Of a stretch of 64,000 bases of DNA, positions 26,562-38,200 are shown in pieces. The notes beneath the pieces are model-generated. The model was not told where the DNA came from, did not search any database, and was given only the letters and a program-made list of their open reading frames with translations. Every line of letters starts with the position of its first letter. Within the stretch, counting starts at the first letter, position 1. The stretch is taken from the NCBI RefSeq assembly GCF_000315625.1, contig NW_005434659.1, positions 218,494 through 282,493 on the forward strand, read 5' to 3'. The translations under genes were made by a program, and so were the position numbers. Origin of the DNA: Guillardia theta CCMP2712 (lineage: Eukaryota; Protista; Cryptophyta).

Positions 26562-28788
26562 TCATGTGGTACACACAGAGTTGCATGTCTCAACCGTGTG
26601 CCCTTGCATGATGAAATCATCGAGTGCTGCTGAGTACGAGCCGCCAAGGGTAAGAGAGTCAGGAGCTTTACTCTCCCTTGCTAAAATCAACATAATTTAA
26701 CATCACACGCTGAGTCCGTCGGGAAAGTACCTTGCCTGCTCTTGCATCAGCTGTGAACTGATGAGCATCAAGTGTAACGTACAAGTTCAAGATCGATGTT
26801 GTGGTTTCCCTCCGACATCGGAACCTGTCTGTCGCCTACCCGCCTACGTAGACGAAGCCTCAACATAGGCAACAAGAGAAGGCTCAAGGTACTCACGACA
26901 GGTCCGACTTCAAAGCTTCTCTCATCACTTCCATCGCCAAGTTTGACTGCTTCTTGCTGTGCCCTCTGCCCACCTACAGCACCAGACCAAACGTCAGAGG
27001 AGAGGAAAGCAGAACTCCGAGCGGCTGCGTCATACCGAGCTGTACGAGTCAGACAGCTGATGATAGACGGGAAGCTCCCTAGACTCCCGTGCATGACTGT
27101 GATGCGCCACTCCTCCCGTCCTCCGATCGAGCTCTGCCTTGAGAGCATGGATCGTGTCCTCCTCCTTGGCGATGGTGTTGAGAAGCGCGTGCCGCTCGTA
27201 CTGCTGGGGGTCAGAGAAGCCGAGAGCCTCGACAGCGGTCTGCTTGTCGTAGGGATGGGTCGGTGTCCACAGCTTGCCGAACCTCCTCTTGGGGATGCCG
27301 GCAGCTCCTCCTCTCACTTGCCCCGAGGGCATCCTGATCTCGTCGTCGCCCAAGCCCAGTCTCTGCACAAGAGGACAAGAAAAGGTCAGAGGAACGACGC
27401 AGTCACGTGGGAAGGAAGACCTTCAAGCCCTCGAGGATGCTGTTCTGATGAGATTCGATCTGTACATGATCCACTGACCGGCAGTTGGCGGACGAGAGCT
27501 CGGAGAGCAGCGGAAGGCCACACAAGAAGGGGGCTGTGGTATCCCGTGCCTTCGAGACGTACCTCGTCTGCCTGCTCTCAGCCGCTAAGTCGCGCGATAC
27601 CTGCTTGGCCTTTTGCAGCTCCATTTCCTTCTTCGCAAGCTCCTTGCTGATCCTGGCTAGTTTGCGCCAATCCTCAGATCTCTTCCCAGATCGGTGATGG
27701 GTAGCGGCAAGCATATTCTTCTGACGACTTTTGTCCATAACATAATGCCCGCCGTTGAGGATGAAGTTGGCATGAAATTCGTTTTCTTTTTCGAGCCGAG
27801 ACGCCTTCTCCATCTCATCCGACAGCATCTTGTCATACATGCTCTTCTTAGCATCGGCATTGTCTTTGCGGTTGTCCTGCTTGGCTGGTGGCTGCTTGCT
27901 TGCTTCTGCCGGCTGTTCCTGTCGCTCCGCCTGCCTTCCTTGGTCATGTTGGGCGGGACCAGGGGAGTGTACCTGATGCAACAGGGAGGGTCAAACACTT
28001 TCGACAAGAAGGATGGGAGAGGAGCTCACCTTCATGTTCAGCTCCTTATTCTTCTCCCTCTCCTCCTTTATCTCTCTCTTCAACTCCTCGATCTGTTGAG
28101 AGAGCTTACCAACTTTGCTGGTGGATTCTTGAAAGTTGTCATCGAAGAGGTGCGAATCATCGGCAGCAGACAACGGGTTTCCCTTTGCCGTTGCACGCGC
28201 GACAGGTTGTCTTGCCTTGTTGACTGCCTTGACATGATGCCGCTGGGTCCCATGAAGGATCCCAGGAGCAAACTGATCGTAAACCACGTTCAGCCCGTTC
28301 GACTGCACTGGGGCTGCATAGAACGAAGGAGCTGTTGACGTTCGGGACAGACGTGGAGAGCTCGCTGCGGGCTTGCCTCCTTTGCTCTGCTGCCCAACTC
28401 TAGCGTGAACCTGCTGCACTGCGTGATGAGGTGCGCGAGCATCTGCCGGTTTGGCGGCGGCTGAATTGGATCCCTGTAGTTTCAGCTCCTGATTAGGGAC
28501 ATTCAGCTGGAACTTCTTCGAGCCCAGAGCGACCGAGAGGTACTCTTTCATGGACGGATCACGAAGAATGTCATCTAACCCAGCTGCATGAAGCTTGTCT
28601 TTGTTCTCCTGTAGGAATCTCCTTCCAGCCTTTTCATCTTCTTGATAGACCTTATTAACAAAACTTGACGCCAACCCGTTTTGACCCCTACCCGTCAGCA
28701 GCTCAATGGAGCTTCCTCGTGGAAGGAGGATCACGCAAACCAAACCAAGAGCCGCTGTTGCAAAGGCTGCCTTCCGAGCGACTGCCAT
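26562..28788 (-). CDS. Orphan signal-anchored or secreted protein with coiled coils; multi-exon, 3' end uncertain
   Basis: N-terminal hydrophobic segment MAVARKAAFATAALGLVCVILLPRGSSIELL. ORFs 27991-28788, 27403-27981 and 27030-27368 plus small downstream exons join through GT-AG sites. Confidence 0.65.
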
Positions 28789-29079
28789 CTCTCCCCAGCG
28801 AGTCGAGGCAATCAATGGCTTCAGGAAGGATTCAAGGAAAGAAAGAGATGAAGAGAGAGACATGTGGCGAGAGGAGAGAGGAGAGGCTTTCCGAGTGTGA
28901 GGAGGAAGTAGCCTTGACCGCCATGTCATCTTTCTGGCCCCTCCAGGCGGCGAACCCTCGACTCTCTCGCTGCCCTGCATTGACCGTGCCATGACCCTTC
29001 GCCGAACCTCGAAAACTTTCAAACTTTGTGACCAACAACTTCCTCCGAAACTTCGGAACTTCGATAATCAAACTTTGAA

Positions 29080-29410
29080 GTCGCTGACCGTACCAGGTCA
29101 GTGACCCAGTGAGCCCGGCAGGAGCGGCCGGGCCCCGCCCGGCGCCGCCCCCAGGACTCGGAGGCTCGGGGACCCGGCCGCCCGCGCCTGCCAGCTGAGT
29201 GAGTCTGCGAGACCCGGCGGTGACTAGTGCCACTCAGTCAAGTTCCGAACTCCGATTCAGCGGCGGGGCGGCACTGACCGTGAGTGTCGGTTTCATCCGA
29301 AGGGCCGGGCGGCCCTGCCCGGCCGCGGCGGCGCGATGATATCAGTACGGTGAGCCGTACTACTCGTGACTGGGCCCACGGTTCAACCGTTCAACGGTTG
29401 GCCCCACCGC
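29080..29410. promoter_or_regulatory. CCGG/TGAG-rich island in a divergent 5' spacer
   Basis: Very dense ccgg, ggccg, tgagt and actc words, flanked by an AACTT cluster (29013-29080). Confidence 0.5.
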
Positions 29411-29537
29411 GCTGGTAGCAAATTAAGTTAAAGATCTCAAATCATCACCCTTGAATTGTACCAGCAGTCAGCCTAGTACTACCGAGATGTTCTAGCACAT
29501 GTCGTAGTACCTTGAGCCTCCGAAAACTTTCACCATA

Positions 29538-30163
29538 TGTCTGCAACACGTAACTTAATGGTCGTTTTTGTTTTACAGAAGAGTTTTGTTAACTCGGCAC
29601 TGACTGGCACGGCTGGCATACAGATCCATCAGACTCGAGTTCTCCTGCCAAGTGTGGAATGATTGGAGGCTAGAAGAAGACTCAGTGCGGCGAATTGCAA
29701 AGAAATACACAGAGGTTCATTCATGGTAGAACTGCATCAAAATGGGTACCCATAAACAAGTTGCTGAGGTCATTGCTAGAACGTTCTTGAGGCAGATTGT
29801 AATTGATGCTGTTGGATTTTGAAAGCATCTTATCACTTGTTGCGTCCTGAGACGAAGTACTCAGAACCTCTGACTAGAACAGGCAAGTCATGGATCAATC
29901 AGGGGCCATAGAGAAAGAGATATATCATTTCATCAATGTCTGTATCATTTCAGACATCATTGATATCTCCCTTTTTGGTAACATGATGCTTCATGAATGG
30001 CAGGATGCTACAGCTATATTTTGTTTTTGGCTGAAAAATTGGCATGACAAGGAGGTAAATAATCTTCCACAGCTTCATTCCATGTTTGAAATAATAGCTA
30101 CTTTGCTGGACTCCAGTCAAAGCATCATGGCATTGACTTCCCGGACATAAAACACCGCGACTG
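29538..30163 (+). CDS. Possible AT-rich multi-exon hypothetical gene
   Basis: Exon-like segments with GT-AG borders (IRLEFSCQVWNDWRLEEDSVRRIAKKY; QVMDQSGAIEKEIYHFIN|DATAIFCFWLKNWHDKE|SKHHGIDFPDIKHRD*). Not all phases are resolved. Confidence 0.3.
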
Positions 30164-30439
30164 AGGAATGGAGTCTCCTCTCCTTCCTCTACATATCTTT
30201 GGATGTAGAGCCTCCTGCAGATCAACTCATCGACCTGCTTGAACGCTTCTCTCACTGGAAGCATCGAAGAGAAGGGCATACCAGCATTTCATCTTATTCG
30301 ACGCTCTTAATGATAAATATTTTGTGCACATTACATCGCGACTTCATCTTGGTTCGACTTCCTTCGCGCGGCATTCGCTACGATGTTGAAAGCTTCGACC
30401 ATCGTCGTCTAGGATCATCGCCCCGACAAATCCCTCTGG

Positions 30440-31115
30440 AGTAACGGAAAGTACCTACCCCCCCCTTGGATATCCGTTTGCCTTGTACCCCACGTCAGTC
30501 AGCATCTCATGAATTTCATACTACCCCTCCAATCGTACAAATTTGCTAGAAATTTCCAAAGGGGGTACGGTCAGTTCCAAGGACCCTACCTGCACGAAGG
30601 TGCGACACGATTACAAAAGACCCCTACCCCCAGTTTTTCAAGTTTGTAACGAGGATAATATCTCCGCCGTATCCCCGGAACCCCTCCCCTCCACAACAAA
30701 CTACCCCTAATGACTTAACTAAATTACAATTTGAACACCCACCCCCCTGCCCCCATCCCCAATACAGGTTTTTCATACACTCTTCCCCAGGGGGTCGAGT
30801 ACCCTACCCACTGAGGGGAACATGATAACCCTACCCTGATGAATCAGTCATATTGTCCCCACCCATCTCAGATCACCCCAGATTTTCCTCATGTTTTTCG
30901 ACGAGGTACCCCACCAGAAGTCCAAATACTTGGACCCCTACCTTCCTCATACGGGACCCCCCATCCCCAAGAAATTGAGCTCTACCCCTGTAAATCAATA
31001 TCAGACCACCCCTACACACTGATGTGACCCTACCCGTGTCATAGTGGCTAAACACGACCACCCCTGGAATTTCAATTGTCCTACCCCCCTACAAACCAGC
31101 CCTACCCCTACCCCA
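30440..31115. promoter_or_regulatory. TACCCC/CACCCC-rich block upstream of the CBS gene
   Basis: Many ctacccc, gtacccc and accctac words in otherwise unique sequence. Confidence 0.5.
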
Positions 31116-31736
31116 CGGCTCTAACGGCTTCTCTATTGTGTATGGCAGGTTGGCGATGCTCGCATTTCCCTTCCCCCTCCCGTCCTCATCTCTGTCTCCT
31201 CGCTCTTCAGCTTTCATCTCCCATCCCCTCCTACCATCTCCTGCTGTCATTCATCTACTTCCCTCCCCTCCCCTCCCCTTCCCCCCTCTGTTCCGTCTCT
31301 CATTTTATGTACGGACTTCTGTCGCGTTTGACATGGCTGCATGAGTCCCCGCGCATCCTCTAGCCCTTCATCTTGTTATGCTCAAGACATCCTGTATTCC
31401 TCATGCTTTACATGCTCTCCAAGATATGGCCGTCCATCTTCCTGCCTTCATTTGGAAATTTTGTTTAAAGACCGCTGACTCTTGCAGTCGCATGTTCCCC
31501 TGGTTGTGTGTCGAATCCCTACAGAATCATTCGCATGTCTTGCACTGTGATGGTCTTCTTTCTCGATTCCTCCCATGCTTGCTTCTACCAATCGTTGCAG
31601 AATTCCCCTGACATTTCCTTTTCTTGTGTGCTCGTGCGCCAAATGCATTGCTTCACATTTTTGGTAGTTCTCGAAAGCACGTGCATCTGATTACGCGTGC
31701 TACCGATGAAGTGCAGAAAGCTGACAGTGGCCTCAG

Positions 31737-33682
31737 ATGAGCAATCAAGGAATGGGTGACGGCACTTTAAAGGGATATCAGGAGGTTGTCCTAGAATACC
31801 TCAAGACGAAATCTGTAGATGAGATCAAGGTAAGAGACCGATCGGCTGCCTCAGATCATGGTAACGCCTTGCCAGCCGTTCTCACGACCACCGATCATTG
31901 TCAAAGATGACATTTCTCCTCTTGAGGGTTTTCAGATCCTTGCAGGTATGGACTGATTTGTTGAGCGAACCCGGCGGATTGAGTGTTGTGGATGGGGAAC
32001 GGCAAGCTGAGCTGACATACCTTGTTTTTGCAGAAAACAACATTCGTGCCTGCCCTGTATGGTCAGACAAGGATCGTAATTTCATCGGAACTTTGGATTT
32101 GAGGGATGTTTGTAAACTCTTCGTTGAGGTGAAGAGGCAAAAGAAAGAGCAGAAGGTGAGGACTGAATTTTCGTTCCTTTATGTTTCTTGTTGTCATCTG
32201 ACAAATTCTCTCCTCGCCTCCTTTCTTCTATTATTTGCTTCTTTCTCTTTGTTTATCTGTCAGGCACATCAGCACAAGCATTTCTCAGCAATCTCAGAGA
32301 ATGAAGAGGAGAAACCCGCAATGCCTGTCGATGAACTTGTCGCAGAACAAAACATCAAACCAGATTCGTATGAAATGTAATCATCACTTTATCTCTTCAA
32401 ATCATGTGAAAACTTCCCGCAGTCGCAAGAAAGGGACAAACCTTGTGCTCGAAACAATCACAAAGCACCCAACAATTATCTCAGATTCTACAACACTGAG
32501 ATACATTGCGAAAATGCGAGTTCTGAAGAGGTATTGTTGATAATGCGGCCATTCAAGAGGACAGTGCGTTGACGGAGAGCGTCTCTTATCAGATTTCCGC
32601 ATGATACAAATTTGTTAAGCATTGCTGATGCTTTGGCTGAGGTACAGATCTTCAAATCAAAATCATCCCAGTGATTTGCAATCGTAGGGAAGTCATCTTG
32701 TTGCAATTGATGGCGAAGGAGAAAATTCAAAGGTGATCTTTTGCCGATAATTTAAAGGAGGAGATGGATTGATCTCCTTGACTATGACAGAATGGAATCA
32801 ATATGGTCATCACACAAAAGATGCTGTAATCATAGAGATTCATGATATTCCTTGAGTAAGAACTTTGTTGGACCAGATTTCAAGTGATCAGCCCAGTTCT
32901 GGAAAAGATCAAGTTGAGAGCTGACAGCATAATGAGAAGCCCAGTGATTTCCGTGAGGCCTCAAACTAAGCAGAACGGCAGAATGATGCGCATGGACAGG
33001 TTGAGGCATCCACAAACGCGTTCGATGCTTTCGTTATCATGGCCGACAAAGGAATCAGGTAAATGATCACGTCTGTTGGCCCATGAACATGATCCTTGGA
33101 TTCAGTGCCTTGGCAGTCACAGACGAAGACGGCTCCTTAGTACACAACACAAGGTCTCTCTACTCCATGATTACTTCTTGCATTCTCAAATGCTTTCTAT
33201 CAGCTCGAGAGACATCAAACAGTGGGTTGCGGGACCGGCTGAAGAGGGGGGAAATGCCGTAGACATAACCGACATGACCATCGAAGATTTCGTGGTTCAG
33301 GTCAGACAATCGAAACCATCAGTCAAGACTTGCGCCACCGTCTGCTCTGTGCACAAGGTGAGATTTCAACTTTTCAGACGTCCTTGTGCTGACTCTTTGC
33401 TTTCTTCGCCTCCGCCTTCTTTCTCTGTCTATTGCAGGAGTCGGAAGTAGGCCATGCTGTCAAGCTTCTCTTGAGAACTGGATACCATCATGTAAGGGTG
33501 CACCTCCGAGTGCATTATTGGTTGACCCTGTCGCCGGATGCAGATGTGGGTCGTTGAAACAACAGACGACGGCAATATTCCTGTATGCTTGCTGATTGAT
33601 TTTTTGGAGTTTCTAACAAGAAGTCTAGGTGGGGTTGATATCTATAACGGACATTTTCCGGAAATTTGCCCACACGCGCTGA
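31737..33682 (+). CDS. Four-CBS-domain protein (AMPK gamma/SNF4/Sds23-like); many short exons
   Basis: All introns are GT-AG and splice in frame: DDISPLEGFQILAENNIRACPVWS..FIGTLDLRD; SPVISVEASTNAFDAFVIMADKGISALAVTDEDGSLV; RTGYHHMWVVE..PVGLISITDIFR. Confidence 0.85.
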
Positions 33683-33739
33683 AGAAACTGAGGCCCGGGC
33701 CGTATATGTGCGCTGTACAGTCAGTGAAGAGCTGAGTCG

Positions 33740-34040
33740 GAGCGAATGCTGGCCTGAGTCCGGGAGCGAGCTGGGGGCTGTGTGCCGACACTTCAGTGAA
33801 GGACCATCGGACAGCCTGGGAGCCGCAACGACAGGGATAGGACAGCATCGGTGGAGCCTAGTACCAACTTGCACTAAGAAATTCTTTAATGATTAAAGCC
33901 GAGTTGAAAATCTCCGAACCGTTGAGGCGAGGTGAAGCCGCGGCCGGGCCGCAGGCCCGGGTCCTACCGAGGCAGGCCCCGGCTCTGAGTCCGGGTCGAG
34001 TGACGCCGTGAACTTCGGAAGCCGGGAAATGTCACGGTAA
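33740..34040. promoter_or_regulatory. CCGG/TGAGTC-rich island 5' of the microprotein gene
   Basis: ctgagtccggg twice, cggccgggccg, ggcccgg, gaacttcggaa. Confidence 0.5.
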
Positions 34041-34138
34041 CCAGAGAAACGGAAAGTAACGAATCTATAACTGCTTTCTATTTCAGGGGTTGATGCGCCA
34101 TGCTGGGCGATGTAGAGGAAGAAGTGGAGGAGGAGAAC

Positions 34139-34181
<43 letters not shown>

Positions 34182-34456
34182 GAAGTATGGATGTAGCGAG
34201 AATAAGAGGGCAGGGAGCATCAGACGAATGAGGAGGATGAGATGAGAAATCTAGAACAGCAAATCCAGCTGAAGGGACCGATAAAGACGTGGATATCTCA
34301 AGAAGGAAAAAGAAGAGATGCGTACACGAGAAAGGAGGACAGATCATGAACAGAATGAGAGAGGGAGTAAGAATGCGAGGAGGGAGAGGCTGGTGTTTGG
34401 GAGTTAGATGTATTTCAATGCGGCGTCTCTGCTGTTCAAGACGTCAAACTCAAAAC

Positions 34457-35093
34457 ATGTTGACGGTCTGGCTCAGCGCTGCTCTCTCTCTCTCTCTCTC
34501 AATGTCTTATGGGAGCGACACTATGTTGATCATGCCATGGCAGATGTTTCAAGCGCTCGCCATGGTGTTCCAGCAGCGGAGGGTGATGTCGGCTCTCGAT
34601 GAGGACGGCGAGACTCAGATGGACATGTAGACCATGATCACACTGATGGGTGGAGGATGTGACAATCGTTCTAGGTACCTCGACATGCCAGGATCCACAG
34701 CGACCGGAACTTACTGGGATCCTCCATCAGGTATCGCCCACTCTTCGTCTTCTTGTTCGTCGTCCTCTTCCTCTTAATCTCTCTGTCTCTCTGTCTCTCT
34801 GTCTCCCCCCCCCCCCCCTCCCCTTCCCTCCTCCTCGTTGTTTTTGTTCTTTCCGTCAACCTCCATGTCTTCATTTCTTCATGCTCCTCCCACCGTCCTT
34901 CCTCCAAGTTTCCCGCTATCATCGTCTTCTCTTGCCTTGCCCTCGCTCGCTTCAAGAACCTTTTCTCCTTGTAGTTTTCGTTTCCTGTCTATCACCTTCC
35001 TCCATCATCCATCCCATGATCTCCCCCCCCCTCCCCTCCTCGTGTCTTTGACTCTCTTGCTCAGGCGAGGCGTGCTGCGGAGGAACTTACTAA
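34457..35093 (+). CDS. 58-aa spliced microprotein (exons 34457-34465, 34544-34626, 34675-34730, 35065-35093)
   Basis: Three GT-AG introns join in frame to MLTMFQALAMVFQQRRVMSALDEDGETQMDMYLDMPGSTATGTYWDPPSGEACCGGTY*. Confidence 0.6.
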
Positions 35094-35209
35094 GTCTAGT
35101 GGGATTCGGACGGGGGGGAGGTAGAGATCAGGGAAGGATTGCAGCAATCAGCTCGTGGTTCTTGATGTTACTACATACAATCTCGACTTGATTGAGGGGG
35201 CTCCCGTTG

Positions 35210-38200
35210 CTACTGCTCGTCGGCGAACAAGCTGTTGGAGTTGAATTTGGCCGTGCTGTCTTGGATCATGTTCAGACGCAGCGAGTAGGCATCGATGTTG
35301 CCCTGGATCTGCTGTCCCTTCTTCATCTGTGGGGAAACCATGACGGTCCTCCTCGTCGGATCGATCTCCACCCGCACTCGGACAGACCTCCGATCGAACT
35401 CGGGCAGGCAGAAAGTCCTCCGGTACTCGGGCTCGGAGGGGAGGAAAACGGCGAAGCACACATCCTTTCCTGCTGGGATCCTCCAGATCGAGTTCACGTC
35501 CCCCGACGGGAAGCAGCCGTTGGGGGGGACTTCAGCTTTGATGATCGACTCTCCGCTCCTCTTGAACACTTCCACGTGCACTGGCTCGAACGCCATGTTG
35601 GTCACCTGCCACTCAAGTCAGATCCCCTCGCGGGGTCTTTGACTCCATCTCCTTTCACTTTCCCTCCTCTCCAGTCTCATCTCTCTCCTCTCCTCTCCTC
35701 CTTCCCCTCCCCTCCCTCTCCCTCTCGCACCACCTCCCTCCTCCGCCCTCACCTGAAGTCCCCGGGTGTCGGTGGTCTGTCCTAGAGGCGAGGGGGTCGC
35801 GAAGCTGGGTGTTCCCATGCTCTGCCTGCCACCAGCAGCCGCCTGTCCCACCGAAGGGGTCGCGACCCCCGTCCCATCGGCTTGTGCCGTGGGAGAGGAG
35901 GAGGAGGCAGACTTCTGCGGAGTCGTACGATCGTCCCTCGATCGGTCCGCACCAGCACCGGACCTCGAGGACATGCTGCTCCTGACACGGGAGTTGTCGA
36001 GCCCAGCTGGGATGGACTTGCGGGCGGGCGGGTCGTCCCTGGCGAAGCTGAAGTGACCCGAGGAGTGGCTGTCGTTCTTCCCGTCCTTCTTATCAATGTG
36101 ATGGCACTCGACCTCGAAGAACTCGCCCGTCAAGCTCGAGATCTTCTTCAGCCGGCTCGAGTAGACTCCAGCAAACAGTCTGCTCTCCGCCATGGTCGCT
36201 TGGTCCCTCAGCTCCTGCACCAGCTCCCGCGGTGTCTTTTCGTCCTCTCTGCCAGGCAGGATGGCGACAACCACGACGACGCTGCCGGAGGAGACGTTCT
36301 TGATGGAGACACGGTACTCGTCTACCCGCAGGCAACGCGACAGGTCTCTCTTGAGGCCGGTAGAGAACTTGTCCATGGCTGTGAGCACGAAGCCGAAGTC
36401 CATGTCGAGAACCATCTGAAGAATCTCCTCGTTGACTGCTGACTGATCGTTGAAGAAGTCCTGGTCTGCCTTGGACGTCTCTCCCTGGTACGAGTCGAAC
36501 ACCCTCGTGTCGTCGTCGTAGATCTCCCGGGTCGCGTCGTTGCCCTCCGGCATGATCGTGCTGACTCCTCCCCTCAGGTTCAGCGTCTGGTCTGCAGCCT
36601 TGGAGTCGCTCGTGTAGAGGCTCGCGATCGCCCGCTCAAAGCGCTTGCTTACAGCTTCTCGCACCGATGCGCTCACTGAGGACGGGCCGAGTTTGTGGTA
36701 GGACTCGGGCAGGAAGTCGGCGAGCAGGATGATGAACTTCCGTATGGAGAACCTGTGCGACTGGAGCTTCTTGTTCACCCTCGACATCGCGTCCACCAAG
36801 TAGTTCCTGAACTCCTTGTTGTCCTTGGCCTCTGAGACCGTCCTGGCTGCGCTGCAGAAGCCGTTGGCTGCCCTGATCGCGTCCTTGTGCAGCTCGTCGG
36901 TGCCGTCGGCGTTGGTCTTGAGGCTGATGAGGCAGGAGTAGAACGGCTTGTCCTCTCCGATGACGATGACGTTGGAGACGGCGCGGACGAGGTCGAGGAT
37001 GATGCTCTCTACCTCGGACTTGTCGTAGTCCACCTCCTCCGGCTCCTTGGCTTCCTCGCTGTAGAAGTTGGTGGGCAAGGGGAGCTCGACGCTAGCCTGC
37101 TCGTCTAGAGCATGCGTCACAATCTCGTCTTCCTCCTCCCTCACAGCTTCCGGAGGAGGGGCCTGAGCTTTCAGGAATGAACTCCTCTCTCTCTCCTCGA
37201 CCTTGGAGTTGCCAAGCTCCCCGTCCTCGGGAGCATCCTCCTCCTTCCTACTCAAGCTGGAAGCATTCATCTCCTCTGCTTGCACGACGCTCTCCCCTCC
37301 GTCCTTTTTCTCCTCCTCGACTCCGAAGGACTGGTGCACATCAGGGACGCTCGACGTCGCTCCCTCCTTCTCCTCCTTCGCCGCAGGAGGAGGAGGGACA
37401 GGAGCTGGATGCTCCGAGACCGCAACCGAACTCGCATTCTTCTCTCCTCTCACATCAAAAATCTGCGAAATGGACCCTGCTCGTGAGCTCACCCAGTCTT
37501 CCTTTCCCTCTCCAGCCGCAGCAGCTCCAACGTCTCCTGGCCCTCCCTTGGCATCGACCCACGAGTCGCGGTAGATCTCCCGGATGTTCTTGGCGTTCCT
37601 CGCGGCAATGAAGAGTCGTCGCAGCTAACAGCAGGAGTAAGCGCGAGCTCTCACGCCCCGGCGTGCGTCGTACCTCTTGCAGCGGCGTCAACTCCCCTCC
37701 TTCCACGGAGAACTGCCGACCAAGGATGGAGAATCTCTTGATGGCCGGGTAGCTGCGCAGGTACGTGAGGGAGAGAGGACAGAGTAGGGCAAGGGCAAAG
37801 GAGCAGCCGTGACTTACAAGGGGGGGAGAGACTGGTTGACCCGTTGGACTCCCTGGATCAGAAGGGACGTGAACGAGTCGCTCTTGCGAGCATCTTGGAT
37901 GGTGTGGATACGAATATTCTTGTGCTGAAGGAACTTGATAAACTCGTCGTCCAGGTAGACCTCCTGCTTCGTCGTGCTCGGCTGCTTGGCTTTGAGAGGG
38001 AGCGTGATCAGGCAAGACACGAACGGCATGCCGTTCCCTATCATGACGACCCCACTGACGAAGGGGAGGAACTGCTTCAGGTACGCCTCGTAGAAGCAAG
38101 CCGACACTTGCTTTCCGGTTGAGAGAGTGATGATCTCAGTGTCCCTGCATTCGATCTTGATCAGCATCGAGTCCGAATCGATCTTGCCGATGTCGTGGGT

